Shown here in pieces: positions 61,570 through 64,000 of a DNA stretch of 64,000 nt (position 1 is the first letter of the stretch; each line of letters opens with the position of its first letter). A program made the translations under genes and the position numbers. Source of the DNA: Nitrospirota bacterium (lineage in GTDB: Bacteria; Nitrospirota; UBA9217); NCBI GenBank assembly GCA_963818475.1, contig CAWFSF010000001.1:192001-256000 (forward strand). Direction: 5' to 3'. Below the pieces are notes generated by a model that saw only the letters and a program-made list of their open reading frames with translations, was not told the origin of the DNA and ran no database searches.

Positions 61570-64000
61570 CTAGAACATATTGCCGATATTGAAATGCAGT
61601 TCGCCCGGGCTCTCGCCGGAACGGCGGTTGATTTTCTGTCCGTAGTCGAGCCGCAGCGGCCCCACGGGCGTATTGTAGCGGATGCCTATGCCATAGGAGG
61701 CGCGGTAAGGAGGCGCATCGACCTGCACGATGACTCCGGGCACTGTCGCGTCTGCAAGATCCGGCCTCCGGACCCTGCCGGCATCGGCAAAGAACACCAT
61801 GCCGAAGCCTTCGATCTGGTTCAGCCGGAGCTCGGCGTTCGCCATGACCATGCTCTCGCCGCCCAGGGGCGATCAACTGTGCCGTCGGGAGCTTTCGCTG
61901 CCGGACCGACGGAGTCCTGCAGATACCCCCGCAGCGTGGTCGCGCCGCCGAGGTAGAACCGCTCATGGATCGGGATCGTCGTCGTATCCCGCTGGGGCAC
62001 GGCCACGCCACCGCGTCCTGACAGGGCCAGGACCGATTTGCTCGTGATCGGGAAAGTACCAGCTGGTCTGGGCAGTCAGTTTCGTAAAGTCGGCCTGGGA
62101 ACCGAGCATCTTCAGCGCCTCCTTGACCGCAAGACCATGGAGCGATCCTCTGCGCGGATTGAAGGGGTCGTCCCGCAGGTCCAGGACAACGCCCGGCGTA
62201 ATGCTGCTCACCCGCACCCTGCCGCTGTCGTCGGCCGACAGGATCGCGGCGGGACGGACATTATAGTTGTCCACGTTCTCGTACTGGTAAATGAGCGAAA
62301 GCTTAAGGCCGTTGTCGTACAAGCGGGACAGCCCCGTGGCAACCTCGGTCTTCCGCGTCTGGTAATAGATATCGCGCGTATCAGCGTTCAATCGCTTCTC
62401 GTCGGACCAGGCCACGCGAACGCCGGCCTCGAGCCGCTGGTTCAGGAACCAGGGTTCCCTGAAGTTCACCACCGCCTGCTCAACAATGTCGCTTGCGGCG
62501 ACGCGAAGGCCCAGGAACTGCGCCTGCCCCCAGAGGTTGCGGTAGGTGACATCGACGGAGCCGCGAAACCGGTCCAGATCGCCGTAGCCCACGCCGATCT
62601 CCACGGAACCGGCAGGCCGTTCCTCGACGGTCAGGAGCATGTCCCTGCTGTACTCTTTTTCGCCGGCGCGCAGCGGCTCGAACCTGACCAGGCTGAAGAA
62701 GCCCAGGCGGTAGATGTGCTGCTGGCCCGAAAGCACCGCGCCGTAATCGTAGGGGTCGCCGGGATGCACGTTCACCTCCCGCAGGATGACCTGGTCGTCG
62801 GTGCGCTCGTTGCCCCTCAGAATGATCCTGCCGACCCTGACCATCTGATCTTCGGTGATCCGGAATACCAGGTCGATGCTGCTCCCCTCCTCGGTCCGCT
62901 CCACGTCGACGCGGGAATACAGGTAGCCTCGGGACGCATAGGCCGACAGAATGCGGTACCGTTCCTCTTCCACGAGCCGCTCGCTGAACGGAGAGCCGCG
63001 CTTGAGGCCAATCCTGGACTGCAGGTCGGCACTGCTCAGCGCACTGTTGCCCTCGAAGATGATGTTTCTGATCGTCGTACGCGGCCCCTCCGTGATATCG
63101 ATCGTAACCAGAGCCTCCGTCCCGTCCGCCGAAATATCGACCCTGCTCTTTGCCACAGCAGAAAGGAACCCGGCGTCCACATAGCGATCATGGAGATATT
63201 CCGTGTCGTTGGCAAGCTGGTCATCGCGGAAAGGCCGCGAGGTGAACCAGCCCGGCTCCTGCAGGCCCAGCTCTTCCTTGAGCTGCTTCGGGGACAGGAA
63301 GGCAGCGCCGGTGATTTCGATCTTTTTTATCGTCACGCGAAGGCCTTCGGTGATCGTAAACACCAGGTCGAGCGTCCCCTTTTCCTCGGCGCTCTTCGCC
63401 GTAACATCCACATCCCGGTATCCCGCCTCCCGATAGGCCGTTTTGATCTTTTCGACGCTGCTCTCGATGATCGCGGGGGAGTCGTCATGCTCCGACCAGA
63501 TGAGCAGGAGCCCGTTCAGTTTTTTATCGCTGAACGCATGATTGCCCGAGAACCGCACCTGCACCCTGCGGCCCTCGATGATCTGCATGCGGACAGCGGC
63601 CTTGCCGTCCCTGAAGCTGATGTCCACGGGCCCCGGCCTGGCAGCAGGGTACCCCGCCTTCGCATATTTTTCAACGATGGCAGACCTGTCCGTATCCTGC
63701 AGCAGGCCGCTCTTCACTGGTTTTCCGGGCCGGCTCTTCATCACGCGCAGCAGGTCCTTGTCCTGAAACACCGTATTTCCCGTAAAGGTGATCGCTTCGA
63801 TGACGGTCGGCTCGTTCTCCCGGATGGAGATCGTCAGCATGGCACGGTGGGGTTTCCTGGCGGGTGAGGCGGCAATGGCGACCTCGGCAGCATCGTATCC
63901 TTCGGCCTTGTACAGGGCAAGGACCCGCGCTCTGAGACCGGGCAGCCTGTCTTCCCGGAGTTCCCGGTTCTCAAGCCGGGGCAGCTCCGCCTTGATAGCA
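61570..64000 (-). CDS. BamA/TamA-family outer membrane assembly factor (5' partial; apparent frameshifts)
   Basis: Multiple POTRA domains, ERFYLGGATTLRGY, TPVGPLRLDYG, C-terminal FNIGNMF. Confidence 0.9.

Noticed and set aside
19319-63867. Long antisense ORFs (e.g. 19319-21274 +, 26397-28160 -, 36022-37530 +, 62038-63867 +)
   Set aside because: Shadow frames of well-supported genes in GC-rich DNA, with no recognisable motifs.
12233-64000. Numerous frameshifts (gsp genes, ispG, rseP, cdsA, uppS, recN, bamA-like and others) as pseudogenes or programmed frameshifting
   Set aside because: They hit essential genes, are scattered small indels without other decay or shared slippery motifs, and best fit uncorrected long-read errors.

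Overview
A GC-rich bacterial chromosomal segment, mostly core genes on the minus strand. The gene content suggests an anaerobic or microaerobic diderm such as Nitrospirota or Desulfobacterota (inference only). In order it holds: the 5' end of tuf with the tRNA Thr-Tyr-Gly-Thr cluster, rlmB, cysS, clpS, a multiheme cytochrome c, radA, a type II secretion cluster (gspC-N), a peptidoglycan-recycling pair (NamZ-like plus a MurU/AmgK-like fusion), apt, two-subunit fumarase, mdh, a second GspE/PilB ATPase, proS, ispG, rseP, dxr, cdsA, uppS, a GH57 enzyme, an ABC-2 exporter, an NtrX-like regulator, a cysteine desulfurase-like enzyme, recN and a BamA-like gene. Many genes, including essential ones, carry single-base frameshifts, most likely uncorrected long-read errors. 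Three things stand out. (1) A GxxExxY nuclease-family gene sits in the loop of a 28-bp inverted repeat built from (CACGAAGNN)3. Gene-less copies of the same element and many related periodic palindromes occupy gene junctions across the window, suggesting a nuclease-plus-MITE/REP-like system. (2) Two probable selenoproteins are missed by the ORF track: a multiheme cytochrome c (HGPNN-U-GP) and an Nfu-like CxxU protein, each with a GGUC-loop SECIS-like hairpin. (3) Heptamer repeats sit inside the cleavable leader peptides of the minor pseudopilins.
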